This document shows, in pieces, positions 1-13,049 of a DNA stretch of 64,000 nucleotides. The stretch lies in the NCBI GenBank assembly GCA_964016885.1, contig OZ024742.1, forward strand, positions 209,312,001-209,376,000, read 5' to 3'. Position numbers and translations under genes: made by a program. The notes beneath the pieces were generated by a model. That model was given only the letters and a program-made list of their open reading frames with translations, made no database searches and was not told the origin of the DNA. The DNA is from Eledone cirrhosa (taxonomy: Eukaryota). Within the stretch, counting starts at the first letter, position 1; the number at the start of each line of letters is the position of its first letter.

Positions 1-611
1 TGGAGAACAATAGCGTGCAAAGACAAAACCACGTAAATGGTATAGCAGAAGTCGTAGACTAAAATTCTAACTAGGAGACCGAATGAATCTCCGCTACAGA
101 GTTAAGAACAAAGTAAATAAATACAATACAGAAGTAATAGGAACAAATAAATACATACACGCAAACAGATACGTACATACACAAGCATACGCAAAACCTT
201 ACCATAGGTATACAAAACCACGCACATATAAATATGTGTATGTGTGTATGCTTGTGTACAAATAAATAAATAATTATATAAACGTATATAAGTAAATAAA
301 TACGTATATAACAAGCGCACACACATACCTACAAATAAATACATGAAGATTCGGAGACGTAAGTCAACTAAAACAAGAAGTACGCATATACACACACCCA
401 CCATACGTACGAACCTGCATACTCACGCAGACGCAAAACTCCCATATACACATAACCAAGCCCTAAATACCAGAATATGTAAAAATTATACGCCAAAACA
501 GTCAAATATACGTACGAGAAGGTATACATACCTTCACAAAACATACGGGTAATATATACTTACCTATGCAAATAAGTAAAGGAATAAACAAAACATATAC
601 TTCCCACATCA

Positions 612-1725
<1,114 letters not shown>

Positions 1726-1866
1726 AAATGATTAAATCGAAAATGCAACTGGAGTCTTATTTTTTAAAAAATATATATTTATTTGGTTCCTTTACCGGTT
1801 TCGCAGTTCTTCTGTTTTTCACAAGTAGATTTGAGATGGACGGTCTGTAGTTTTTCTCAGATCTGA

Positions 1867-1948
<82 letters not shown>

Positions 1949-1952
<4 letters not shown>

Positions 1953-2224
1953 ACATAATAAACAACGCAATATAATTTTTCCATTACCAAAGGTCTCAAG
2001 ACACTAGACGATTCTTACAGAAACATCTAGCCCTTTCATGAGATAAAATAAATATTTTATCTCATGAACGGGCTAGATGTTTCTGTAAGAATCGTCTAGT
2101 GTCTTGAGACCTTTGGTAATGGAAAAATTATATTGCGTTGTTTATTATGTAATTAAATAATAGCTCTGTACTATACATAGAGCACTCTTCTTTCCTTTAC
2201 CTTTTCTACGGAAATACTTAACAC
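1949..2224 (+). repeat. Fold-back module: near-perfect hairpin (arms 1949-2050 / 2053-2154, one mismatch) plus ~70-nt tail; probable PLE pLTR remnant
   Basis: Arms are reverse complements (coordinate sum 4103). Each arm has a degenerate hammerhead pattern ctcatga...gaga-cctttgg-ta. Flanked by (GA)n and (TA)/(TG)n. Confidence 0.85.
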
Positions 2225-2279
2225 TATATATAAACATGTGTGTGTGTGTGTGTATGTGAGTATGTGTGTATGTGTGTAC

Positions 2280-2355
<76 letters not shown>

Positions 2356-3042
2356 TTATATATAAGTGTGTGTGTGTGCGTGTATGCATATATAGATAAC
2401 TATATATGTGTGTCTGAGTATATGTTTATATATACACACCTATAAATACACATACATATGCGCACCTATGTGTGTGTAGGCGTGTGCATGAATGTGTTTT
2501 ATTTGAAAGTGGGAAAGAGAAAGCGAGAGAGAGAGAAAAACAAAACCTCTGAACCAATACGTCAGCTTATATTTAAAGAGCCAAAAAACGTCTAGACTTC
2601 CACGCACTTAAATGACGCCATGTTCGGGAACAACTTTGATGGTATAAGTATCATGGTTTTGACCAATATTCTTAGCAATTATCTTCTAGTCATGTTATGT
2701 TTTTGTTTGTCTGGAGGATTTTCTTGCTTCCTTCTTTTGTTTCGTTTATTCTTCCTATACTATTTTTCGTTCACTCTGTTGTAAAATTACGGAAGTGTAC
2801 TAATTTAAGCCCTTTAGTCTTGACTCTGTTAAAATACTGCTACAAAAAATGTCTAACGCATAGCATTTGTTACGGCTCAATTCCTCCTACACTATATTTG
2901 CATTTTTTCATAAGGTATCCTGGTAATTTCGTTTAAGCATATCTACTTAAATACTTAACATATGCCACTGGATCTACCTCATCTTCATTGTAAGAAACAC
3001 TTAAAACGCGTAAAATTACTCAATTTGTACACAGATTATATA

Positions 3043-3109
<67 letters not shown>

Positions 3110-3261
3110 GGGTGGGTATACATATATCTACGAGGTGTATGTGAGTATATGTTGTTACAGCTCTCACCCATGCAGGTTTAGCTGGCCTCCTCCAAAGTAT
3201 ATCTCCTTGGAGGTGTCTTGGGTTATTTTAATGATAGGGGCCCCAGGCCTATCATCTCATT

Positions 3262-3393
3262 TCTACAGCTGAGTAAACTGGAGCAACGTGAAATAAAGTG
3301 TCTTGCTCAAGGAAACAACACATTACCAGGTCCGAGAATTGAACTCACGACCTTTCGATTGCAAGCCCAATTCTCTAACCACTAGCCATGCCA
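3262..3393 (-). mobile_element. tRNA-derived CORE-type SINE fragment
   Basis: Minus strand reads ggcatggctagtggttagag (A box), gagttcaattctc (B box), then ccttgagcaagacactt (CORE-like domain). Confidence 0.75.
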
Positions 3394-3835
3394 TATATAT
3401 ATATGGGGGGGGGGGGGGTATTTGATAATCACGGTAAATGGAAATTGTCCCCAAGCTAGCAGTATAAGTTTATGTGCATATCCTTCGCAGTTATATAAGC
3501 GAATGCTGTAAACATTTGAAAAATAAAAAAAAAAGATAAACTCGTGTATTTAATCAGATATATCCTGAGGGATTTATTCCATACGTGGTGCACAGACACT
3601 ATTTTGTAACTTTCATCATCGAAAATGCAGTTAAAGAGTGGCTTACCGATCGTGCTAATGTTCAAAGTGTGAATCATATAACGTAAATCATCAGACAAAC
3701 GAAATATGCAGGAAATGTTACAGTGCATCAACCCTGTAATTCGACTTGTGGATTTAGTATCCTAGAAGAACGAAGGGACGATAGGTGAAAAGAATTGGAG
3801 ATGTCTTCAGTGGGTATCCAGCTAGTTCTCAAGCT

Positions 3836-6800
3836 TAAAGTCCAACCTAAAGTCCAACCCCTCCTCAACGTGGCAGGGCGGTGGCAACGGGTAGTGTCAG
3901 AGCTATGGCGTCAGGAATTTCGGTTCCTGGTAGGGCCACCCAAGGTGGATTGGTCTGGCACCCAGCGGTATTAGGGCCGCAACCCGGCAAAAGGAGCTCT
4001 GGTGAAGATCCAAGAGGTGTCTGTTCCGGTAACCGGCGACTTCGAGTCGTTTCTGTCCCTGCGTCTGTGGAGAATATGCGGCAAACAGGACGTTTTTCCC
4101 CTCATTCGGGCTATACATGCGGGTTTTGGGGGGACCGCTCGTGAATTCACTACTCTTATGACACTTGTTCCATGAATCCTCAAATACGAACTATGTATAC
4201 GAATTGCCTTCCCGCTACGAACGCAATGCAAAGCAACAACGTTCCTACCGCTATGCCTCTAGAGACTACTCCCGCAGTAGTCCCGCTCTTCAGACGAAGG
4301 AAAGAATTAAGGGTGGCGTGCTGGAACGTCCGAACACTTCGTGATGACGATGTCCAGGCACTTACAATGAAGGCTCTGCACAGGTACTGCGTTAGTGTCG
4401 CTTGCCTTTCAGAAGTTCGACTTCCCGATGTTGGTCATCTTCTGATCAAAGTTCCTGGGGAGGACATCTCCTACCACTTGTACCATAGTGGCGTGACTGA
4501 CAACAGTGGCATTCACGGGGTCGCTGTAAGGCTCAGCCCCGGCGCGCAAGCGGCTCTGCTGGCGTGGCAGCCGATCTCACACCGACTCGCACTGGTTCGA
4601 TTGAAAGGTCAAATCTCCAACGTCAGCGTAATTGCCGTCTACGCTCCCACACTCATGCGGACGAGGCGGACAAGACGCAGTTCTATGCCGAACTCCAAAT
4701 AACCGTGGATGGCGTCCCCTCCAATGATGTCCTCATTGTCGCTGGGAACTGGAATGCGCGGACGGGGCCGGCGGATGATACAACACGGCATATTCTAGGA
4801 CGCTTCGCCTTAGGCGTACGCTGTGACAAAGGTGAACGGCTCGTGTCCTTCGCGGATGCCAATCGTCTTATTGTCACCAACACCCGGTTCCAACATCCTC
4901 GGCGTCACCTCGTCATGTGGCGATCCAATGACGGAAGAACGGCCAATCAGATTGACTTCATCCTGGTCAGATCTCGGTGGGCCAGCTCAGTGATGGACTC
5001 GCGTGCGTATCGGGTGGGGGGGGCTGATACGGGCAGTAAGCATGGGTCAGACCATACTCTTGTTCGAGCAACCCTTCGTCTGCGGGTGCAGGCAAAACCT
5101 CCTCCCAACCGCCAGAAAAGGATCGACATCTCGCGACTCAAGCTTGATGCTGGAAATGCTTTCCGGCTAGAGCTGCGAAACCGATTCCAAATGCTGAGTA
5201 ACGAAGTGGAACAGCAACCGGAGCAGGAGTGGAAGGCGCTCAGGGCGGCGATGGTTGAGCTGGCCAAAGAGCATCTCGGGTCGACCCGAAGACTTAATCG
5301 GGACTGGATCTCCGGCGGCACCCTTGAACTCGCGGAGAGGCCGAGGGAGGCCCGACTCGAGGGTGCACCCAATCTTCGAGATCTCCGACGTCACACATCA
5401 CCGGCTATTCGGGCCGATCGGAATGCACACTGGCGCGAATTTGCGGAGCAGACGGGGAGGGCAGCAGCCTATGGTGACTCGCGCAAGCTCTACCAACTGG
5501 TGAAGCGGGCCAGCCGAAGCCGTACGGTTATCAGCTAGACGATCCGTGATCGGAACGGGGTGGTCCATACCAATCTTAATGACCGGCTAGTCCGATGCCG
5601 GGACCATTTCTCCGAGCTGCTCAACCACCCGCCACCACCCACGCCAACCTACGTGCAGCCTTCTGGAAGAAAATACGGGTGCAGCACTGCCAACGGTCGA
5701 GGAGGTACGTAGTGTCCTGACACATCTCCGGAACAACAAGGCGCCGGGCGAAGATGGCGTTCCATCTGAGGTCTACAAGGCCGAGCCTGATGTCTTCGCA
5801 GCTTGGCTCCATCGAGTCTTCTCCTCAGTGTGGGCGATGGAGCGATTCCCTGGTGACTGGAGCGAGGCAACTCTCCTACCCTTCTTCAAAAAAGGCGACA
5901 GGAAACAGGGGTATCAGTTTAATTGACGTTGCTGCCAAAACTTCGCAATTATTTTGCTGAAGAGGTTCCAGGCCATCCGTTATGTCTTTACCCGTCCTTA
6001 TCAGGGCGGCTTCCGTCCAGGGAGGGGGTGTGTTGATCAAATCTTCATTCTCCGGCGTGTCCTGGAACAAGGGTGGGCACATCAACAGTCTACCATCCTC
6101 TGCTTCATCGACTTTGCGGCTGCCTTCGACTCGGTAGATCGGGAAGTCCTATGGCGTATAATGCAGGCGGACGGCATCCCAGTGAAGCTGCTTCGTCTCA
6201 TACAGGGCTACTACCGGTCGACTCGGGCTCGAGTGAGGGTCTATGGTGGGGAGACAGTGTCGTTCGATGTTGGGACCGGTGTTCGGCAGGGGTGTGCGCT
6301 ATCGCCAACTTTCTTTAACTAGGCCATTGACTACACTCTCAACACAGCGCTCCGGGATTACCCGGGCGTAGAGGTCGGGAGAGAGGTCGTGGGACGGACC
6401 TGCTCTGATGGGCGGTAACGGGACAGATGTACAAGGTGCTCTCGAGAGAGTGCATACTGCATCAGCCGCTGTTGGTCTACGAATCAATGCCGCCAAGTCG
6501 AAGGTCATGACCTCACTGGTCTCGCCTGATGCCTGGTAGGCGATATCTCTCGAGGGTGTGGACCTGGAGGATGTGGAGTCCTTCGTTTACCTGGGCTCAA
6601 CAATGGTTCCAACGTAACAGGGCGCAGCTGATGTCAAGCGCCGCATAGGTGCTGCCAGATCCTCTTTTGGACGCCTCCAGCGGTGTCTGTGGGACAGTAG
6701 AGAGATCACCTCGGCGACCAAAGGGCGAATCTACCAGGCCGTCGTTCGCACTATCCTCTTCTATGGCTGTGAAATATGGCCTATGAGAGTAGTCGATCAA

Positions 6801-7266
6801 CGAGGGCTAGAGGTCTTCGACAATGACTGTCTCCGCCGCATTCTTCGCAGCCGACGCGTTGATCGGGTACCTACCACCAGTCTTTGTCTTCGCCTGAATC
6901 TTCGACCCCTTCTTTCAGTGCTTCTGCAACGGCGCTTGAGATGGTTTGGTCACGCAGCCCGGCGCCCTGAGAGTGAGCTGATCCGCGATGTTCTCCTCCC
7001 ACCTCCCCTCCCTAACTGGCGCAAGCGCGTTGGCGGGCAGCTGAAGACCTGGGCAATGACGATCAAAGAGGACCTCTCTGAACTCTCGGGTTCGCAGGTG
7101 GTCGGCCTGCGCCGATGGAACCGTGACTGGTTCGCTATTTCCAGTGACCTAGCCCGGGACCGTCATGCGTGGGCTGCCATGTTACGGGATGCCGTCAGGA
7201 CAAGGGAAGAAGCCGGCCCAACCCGTCCAGGGTGAATGTCGACACAAGTACAAGTACAAGTACAAG
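3836..7266 (+). mobile_element. Full-length RTE-clade LINE, degenerate, with target-site duplication and (CAAGTA)n tail
   Basis: TSD tagttctcaagct at 3823-3835 and 7267-7279. 3' tail caagta x4. APE and RT motifs in broken frames. Confidence 0.95.
4172..7235 (+). pseudogene. RTE endonuclease-reverse transcriptase ORF, frameshifted with stops; YADD region deleted near 6390
   Basis: RVACWNVRTL, ACLSEVR, VIAVYAPT, VAGNWNA, NQIDFIL and SDHTLV (APE). NNKAPGEDG, NRGISLID, FIDFAAAFDSVDR and GVRQGCALSP (RT). RRLRWFGHAARR (RTE C-terminus). Confidence 0.93.
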
Positions 7267-7610
7267 TAGTTCTCAAGCTATTGAGATGATAGGGCGTGTA
7301 ATAACGGAACACTTAGAATAATTTTCACAACACCAATAACGATAAAATAACAATATCATTTACCAAATAGAATGTAACTATAGTAACATTGGAATGACAG
7401 CTATATTTTATCCTATGAGAATAGTGAAATATAAAATAAGATTAAAGTATCAACTAGAATCAACTCTGACATATTTAGTTCACATTAATAACAGCAGGCT
7501 ATATTTGAAATTGAAAGCATTGGGTATATTCATACACACACCTTTGTTACTAATATATGAGTCCGTGCTGTGTTATTTTTAAATTAATTATATTTTTAGT
7601 CGCCACTTAA

Positions 7611-7818
7611 CCCTTTAGCATTTACATTACTCTATATATACTATTGTATTTTCATAGTAAAGGATTTACCTCACATAATATCGAATCTATGAGATTTTGA
7701 TATTCTTTATTTTGAGAACAATACCATAACATCAGTATGAGTAGCAAGTTATGGCCGGTTTGAACAGAAAGAGGTGAGAGAATTCTGGCTAGATACGGCC
7801 GGTTTAAATGCTAAAGGC
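7611..7818. mobile_element. piggyBac-like MITE with TTAA TSD
   Basis: ttaa|ccctttagcattta ... taaatgctaaaggc|ttaa: 14-bp TIR with one mismatch, TTAA on both sides. Confidence 0.75.
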
Positions 7819-8016
7819 TTAATATTGTTTTACGAACGTTTATATATAAAAAGCTAAATACTCCAGCAAGCAATGAAAAGAATGTTACTTCCGCTGACAA
7901 AATGTAATGTTGAAAACCCCTAGATGTCTCGTATAATATTAACTAACCCGTAATCACTACATTAATGCTATTATGGTTATTTCTGAAGTAAGAGGCATTG
8001 AAATAATTAATCACAC

Positions 8017-8060
<44 letters not shown>

Positions 8061-8714
8061 AAGTAAACGAGGTATCATATAAGGTAATCCAAGTAGAGAT
8101 TATGAGTAATCTGTACCGTGGAGGATTTTAATACGTGGCGTTGTTTGACTCAACAAGATGTTTACTTAGTTGTGGCGTTTGGATGGCCGGTTCCAGAGAG
8201 TTCCTAGGTTAGCAGTTCCTGGAGTATTAATAATTAAGGAATGAAGAATATCACAGATAAGCTATACAGTAGGGTTTATTCCAAGTATTAACATGTTTCA
8301 TGGCTACTATGTGGGATTTTTTATTATTATTCTTTTTTTATTATTTTTAATTTATCTTATTTCATTTTTCATTTTGCTTTTCATCATCATATTTTTCATA
8401 TTAATGTCTGTACACCTCAGTATAAATGCGCTGTATCGCCAGATCCAAAACAGTATTTTTGATAATTTGGCCGGTATAAGCAGTATATAAAATCGAATGT
8501 CACAACAGCACAGCAAATAGCGATTTTTAGATGCATCCAACTATATACTCGCCAATGAAACATATGTTAATAATTAACTCATAGATTGTTCAAAATTTGT
8601 TGACCCAAAAGCCACCCCAAAAGAGAACGCGGAGGGTAAATTTTAACTTCGTCGGAACAAATTAAATTTACACAATACAATCGCTATATTTGGTTAATAA
8701 TAGGGTGCCCATGG

Positions 8715-8820
8715 TAGGGTTGCACTGATTAATCGTCAGATAATCGGTATTGGCCATATTTCCTATTTTGCCGATTAATCGGTTTTGCTATTTTTTGCAG
8801 ATTAATCGGCTTGATAATTG
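8715..8820. mobile_element. hAT-like transposon terminus fragment
   Basis: Starts tagggttgca and is followed by repeated gattaatcgg-type subterminal motifs. No partner end was found. Confidence 0.45.
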
Positions 8821-10528
8821 ATTATTATTGTATTATATTATTACTGATAGGCGCGTATGGTGGTGCAAGAATACCATGTAGGAATACATAAAAAAAAATT
8901 ATTATTTCCACGGACACACTATCTAACCCCAACAGTGTAATATATTTCTGCTTCTAGTGCTCGAACGAGCTGATCTACACAACTGGAAATTACTTGGGAC
9001 TACCCAGAGGTTGTAACTCTATGTAGGGTAATGTGTGCCCAAGTAGAGAAGAGATCTTCCTACGAACCTTAACTCTAGATTATGAAGATTCCGATCGCAG
9101 TCTATTTAAAACTATTCAAAAAAGTTTCCAGTATTAATGTTTCAACCAAAAAGTAACATTTAATTATCAAATTTAAGAACTCATAAATTATAGTGTAAAA
9201 ACCATTTTTCCAGGGCAAAGTTGATTTCTTTCAGCAATGCCTCCCGTTAACAGTTTGTGATGTTTTTTTGTGTTTGGTTTTTGTTACAGTATTGCGTCTC
9301 TTTGTTGTCAATCATACATGATGATGGGTCCTGAATTGGTTTCGTCGATGAGAACTCATTTGTTCAATTAAGTGAGCGTCCAACTCGTGAAATAGTGCAT
9401 AGGTGGTTGAATATTCCCAAGCCGAACAACATGAGTTAAGTATTGAACCTTTGAATTGCAGGTACGATCTATCCAACAGGCTTACACACTAGTTCCATTT
9501 TGCCATTCATAAGGCTTGAGTCGATCCAAGACCCATGACACTTTCTCAAAATGCCAAGCAATGGGATCGAACCCTAGAACTCTTGGTTGCGAAACCATGT
9601 TCGTAACCCCTGCGTCCACCACCGTACAACACAATAAAATATAGATCCGAAAACCTAAATTAATACTTTCTCTAGAACAGATATTCATTCAACATTGTTT
9701 TTGTTTTGTTTTTTGTTGCTTCTTTGTTGTTTACTATGTGTTAATAATAGTACTCGAGGATTATTCAGTTTTTAATTTTCTTTTATCTATAGAAGCCAAA
9801 TTCCTTAAATATTTACAAAAAGTGAGTGATGGCTTTTGTCAGTATCTTGTTTATAGTATATAAATCATTATGCTATTGAAACATGAATTAAATTTTCATT
9901 ACCTCGATAAATTTAGCGTTAAAATAATTCACTTCATGAAGTGTTTATTGTGTGATTATCATTTCACTTAAAGTCGTATGCATATCTATAACTATGCACT
10001 TGTGAGTATATGTCTGTGTGTTAAGGAGACGGATACAATTACATATTGAGATAAAACAGAGACGGGGAGATAAAGAAACACAAACAGATACAAAGTGAGA
10101 AATGATAAAATTTGGCTGAGATACGTATAATATAAGGTCAATAGTGCAATCGAATATAATTAATTTCAACCGGTTTTATAACTTTTCGATAATTATTCAC
10201 CCGAAATGATTTTTGCTTTTGTTAAAGAAGCAACAGAAGAGCTCAATCCATCAATTGTAACATATTTTTCATTGAAAAACACTTTTTCATAAAAGAATAG
10301 TCACGTGCTTTGTTCATTTGTCTTCCTTTTTACTATAGTCGAAAAAGGGTGGGGGTAGAGTTTGCAAAGTTCATCTCCACCAATTACTCATGCATTGGAG
10401 ATTGATTTTTGACAATAACAATAAAAAGATTAAGTCCAGTTTTTCGATGAGTAATGCAGGAATTAAAGAATAGATTAAACCCTATTGTATCCGCACGTTA
10501 TTTTGATGGTATTATTCTTATTGGAAAG

Positions 10529-11250
10529 GGGCGGTGGATTGGCAGTATTGGTAGAAGGTCGGACGCCATGCTTTGACGCATAGTTATGGCACATGCCATT
10601 CTGAGTTCAAATCCCGCCGGGGTTAACTTTGCCTTTCAACCTTATAAGGTCGATAAAATGAAGTACCAGTAATGCACTGTGTAATTGCTGCCTTGTGCAA
10701 AAAGTAGAAACAATTATTCTTATTGGAGACGGAGGGCGGTGGATATGCAGAATCGGTAGAGCGTTGGACAACATGCTTAACAGCATAGAGTTGCGGCCTT
10801 TTACATTCTGAGTTCAAATCCCGCCGAGTTTAGCTTTGCGTTTACGGGGTCGATAAAATAAAGTACCAGTAATGCACTGGGATCAATTTTATCGACTTTC
10901 CCCCTTCCCCAAAATTGTTGTGCAGAAATCAGAAAGCATTATTCTTATTGAAAAGGAAGTAGATTGGTGATATCGATAGATCATCAGACAAAGATCCTTG
11001 CGCTATTTAGTTATATGCCTTTACGCTTAAATTTCAACTACTGACATGCCCACCTCTTAAATTTCAGAACCTATGCCAGAAATTATTATCATTGGGCTAT
11101 TTCCGGCTCTTTGTGTTCTTAGTTCAACTTTCACCATTTTTTTATATTATTATTCCGGTGTCGATGAAATAAAGTACCAATAGTACAGGGGTAGATAAAA
11201 TTGATTTTTTTTTCTCTATAAAATTGCTGGCCTTGTGCTTATATCATTAT
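10529..11250 (+). mobile_element. Head-to-tail cluster of about four tRNA-derived SINE copies (10529-10718, 10734-10944 and two degenerate units)
   Basis: A box tggcagtattgg, B box gagttcaaatcc, central ttgcctttca..cctta..gggtcgataaaataaagtaccag domain, tail ccttgtg...agaaacaattatt. Units are joined by att-rich linkers. Confidence 0.88.
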
Positions 11251-11418
11251 TGGCGAGCTGCTACTGTTAATTAGTTTTGATACAGGAGTTCTGCATAAAA
11301 CATCGCTTCTTGTATTACTCTAAAATTGTTTAAACTAGATAATGTTTTCTATCATAGAAATAATGGTATACATTTCTGCGGTGATAACTCTGGTAAAGTC
11401 AACTTCCACTGGTTTTAA

Positions 11419-11831
<413 letters not shown>

Positions 11832-11838
<7 letters not shown>

Positions 11839-12194
11839 AAGTTAAATAAAAATCAAATGATTAAAATTTAGCTTCGTTTATTACTGCTATATATATTTCA
11901 GTGACAGCCATATTTGGCTGTGACCTCTTCAGGCTTGAGTATTGACAATATCATACACCTAAACAACATATGTACTTGTCTATACCATACTAATTCAAAC
12001 TGCCTGAAGAGGTCACAGCCAAAGATGGCTGTCACTGAAATATATATAGCAGTAATAAACGAAGCTAAATTTTAATCATTTGACTTTTATTTAACTTTAT
12101 TTTACACTACTCCGGAGTAACCAAACCAACCTGCGCACTTCGTCGAGTGCTCCAGCCTGCATACTGAGGTGTTGGTATACAACCAACATAAACT

Positions 12195-12198
<4 letters not shown>
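11832..12198 (+). mobile_element. Fold-back PLE pLTR module: arms 11832-11934 / 12002-12104, tail to 12198, in (TA)n
   Basis: Reverse-complement arms (coordinate sum 23936), each containing a hammerhead core. Confidence 0.88.
11999..12053 (+). ncRNA. Minimal type I hammerhead ribozyme, canonical core
   Basis: actgc-CTGAAGA-ggtcacagcc aaagat ggctgtcact-GAAA-tatata-TA-gcagt. 5-bp stem I, palindromic stem III, AUA cleavage triplet. Confidence 0.88.
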
Positions 12199-12244
<46 letters not shown>

Positions 12245-12249
<5 letters not shown>

Positions 12250-12457
12250 AAAAGAGTCAGGACCACGACGGCTGACCTCCATCTGAGCTACTAAACTAGT
12301 AGTATACTACTGGTTTAGTTCGGATGTATCTGTCGAAACGGCCAGAGCTCAGCCGTTGGGGTCCTGACGCTTTTCCTATTACCCACTCTACTACGTTCAG
12401 TATCGAGTACTCTGTTGCGTTATGGTCCACCTCGTTTCTTACCACACTTTCTTTGTT
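12245..12457 (+). mobile_element. Short fold-back module (PLE pLTR-like), same family as 31404-31597
   Basis: Outer arms 12245-12275 / 12349-12379, inner hairpin 12290-12319, tail to 12457, (TA)n on both sides. Confidence 0.75.
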
Positions 12458-12477
12458 ATATATATATATATATATAT

Positions 12478-12550
<73 letters not shown>

Positions 12551-13009
12551 AGCTGTAAATGATCTAACTTGAAGGCTAATAAACATTTTGAGCTAAATGC
12601 GTTCAGAAGGATGAATGACCTAAACCGCAGCTCTGTTCGAACTATAAAAACTGTGCTTACGCAGTGACGGGTCTGTGATCCATCTTAAATCAAGCTACGC
12701 GTAAGAGGGATGAACACTCACTGCCTTCAGCTATTTCACTTTTTATGTTACGCAGGATTGAGGCCGTGTTTATGTTTACTTGAAACTACAGGGATACCTA
12801 AAACATAGTTGAAGGAATGATGCATGAGAAGATAAATCTGTTCTGCTACTAAGTCATACTCTATTGCAGTGATGACCGAAATGATATGAGTACACACATA
12901 CACACGCACATGCACACATGCACGCGTGGGCACACGTGCACATACGCACAAAAATATGTTTTATATGTATGTATACACAAACATGAGTTTGCACACACAC
13001 ACACACACA

Positions 13010-13049
<40 letters not shown>

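Noticed and set aside
3558-3835. A ~93-codon frame after an AG (IYPEGFIPYVVHRHY...) interrupted by the RTE
   Set aside because: Two internal stops and no recognisable domain; cannot be supported as an exon without homology data.
8060-8310. Partial hammerhead on the minus strand (GAAA-catg-tt-aatac) next to (TA)n
   Set aside because: No CUGANGA half is present; probably a truncated pLTR but not supportable as a ribozyme.
10529-10620. tRNA-like A and B boxes (also in the other SINE heads)
   Set aside because: No cloverleaf, and always fused to the SINE body; SINE heads rather than tRNA genes.
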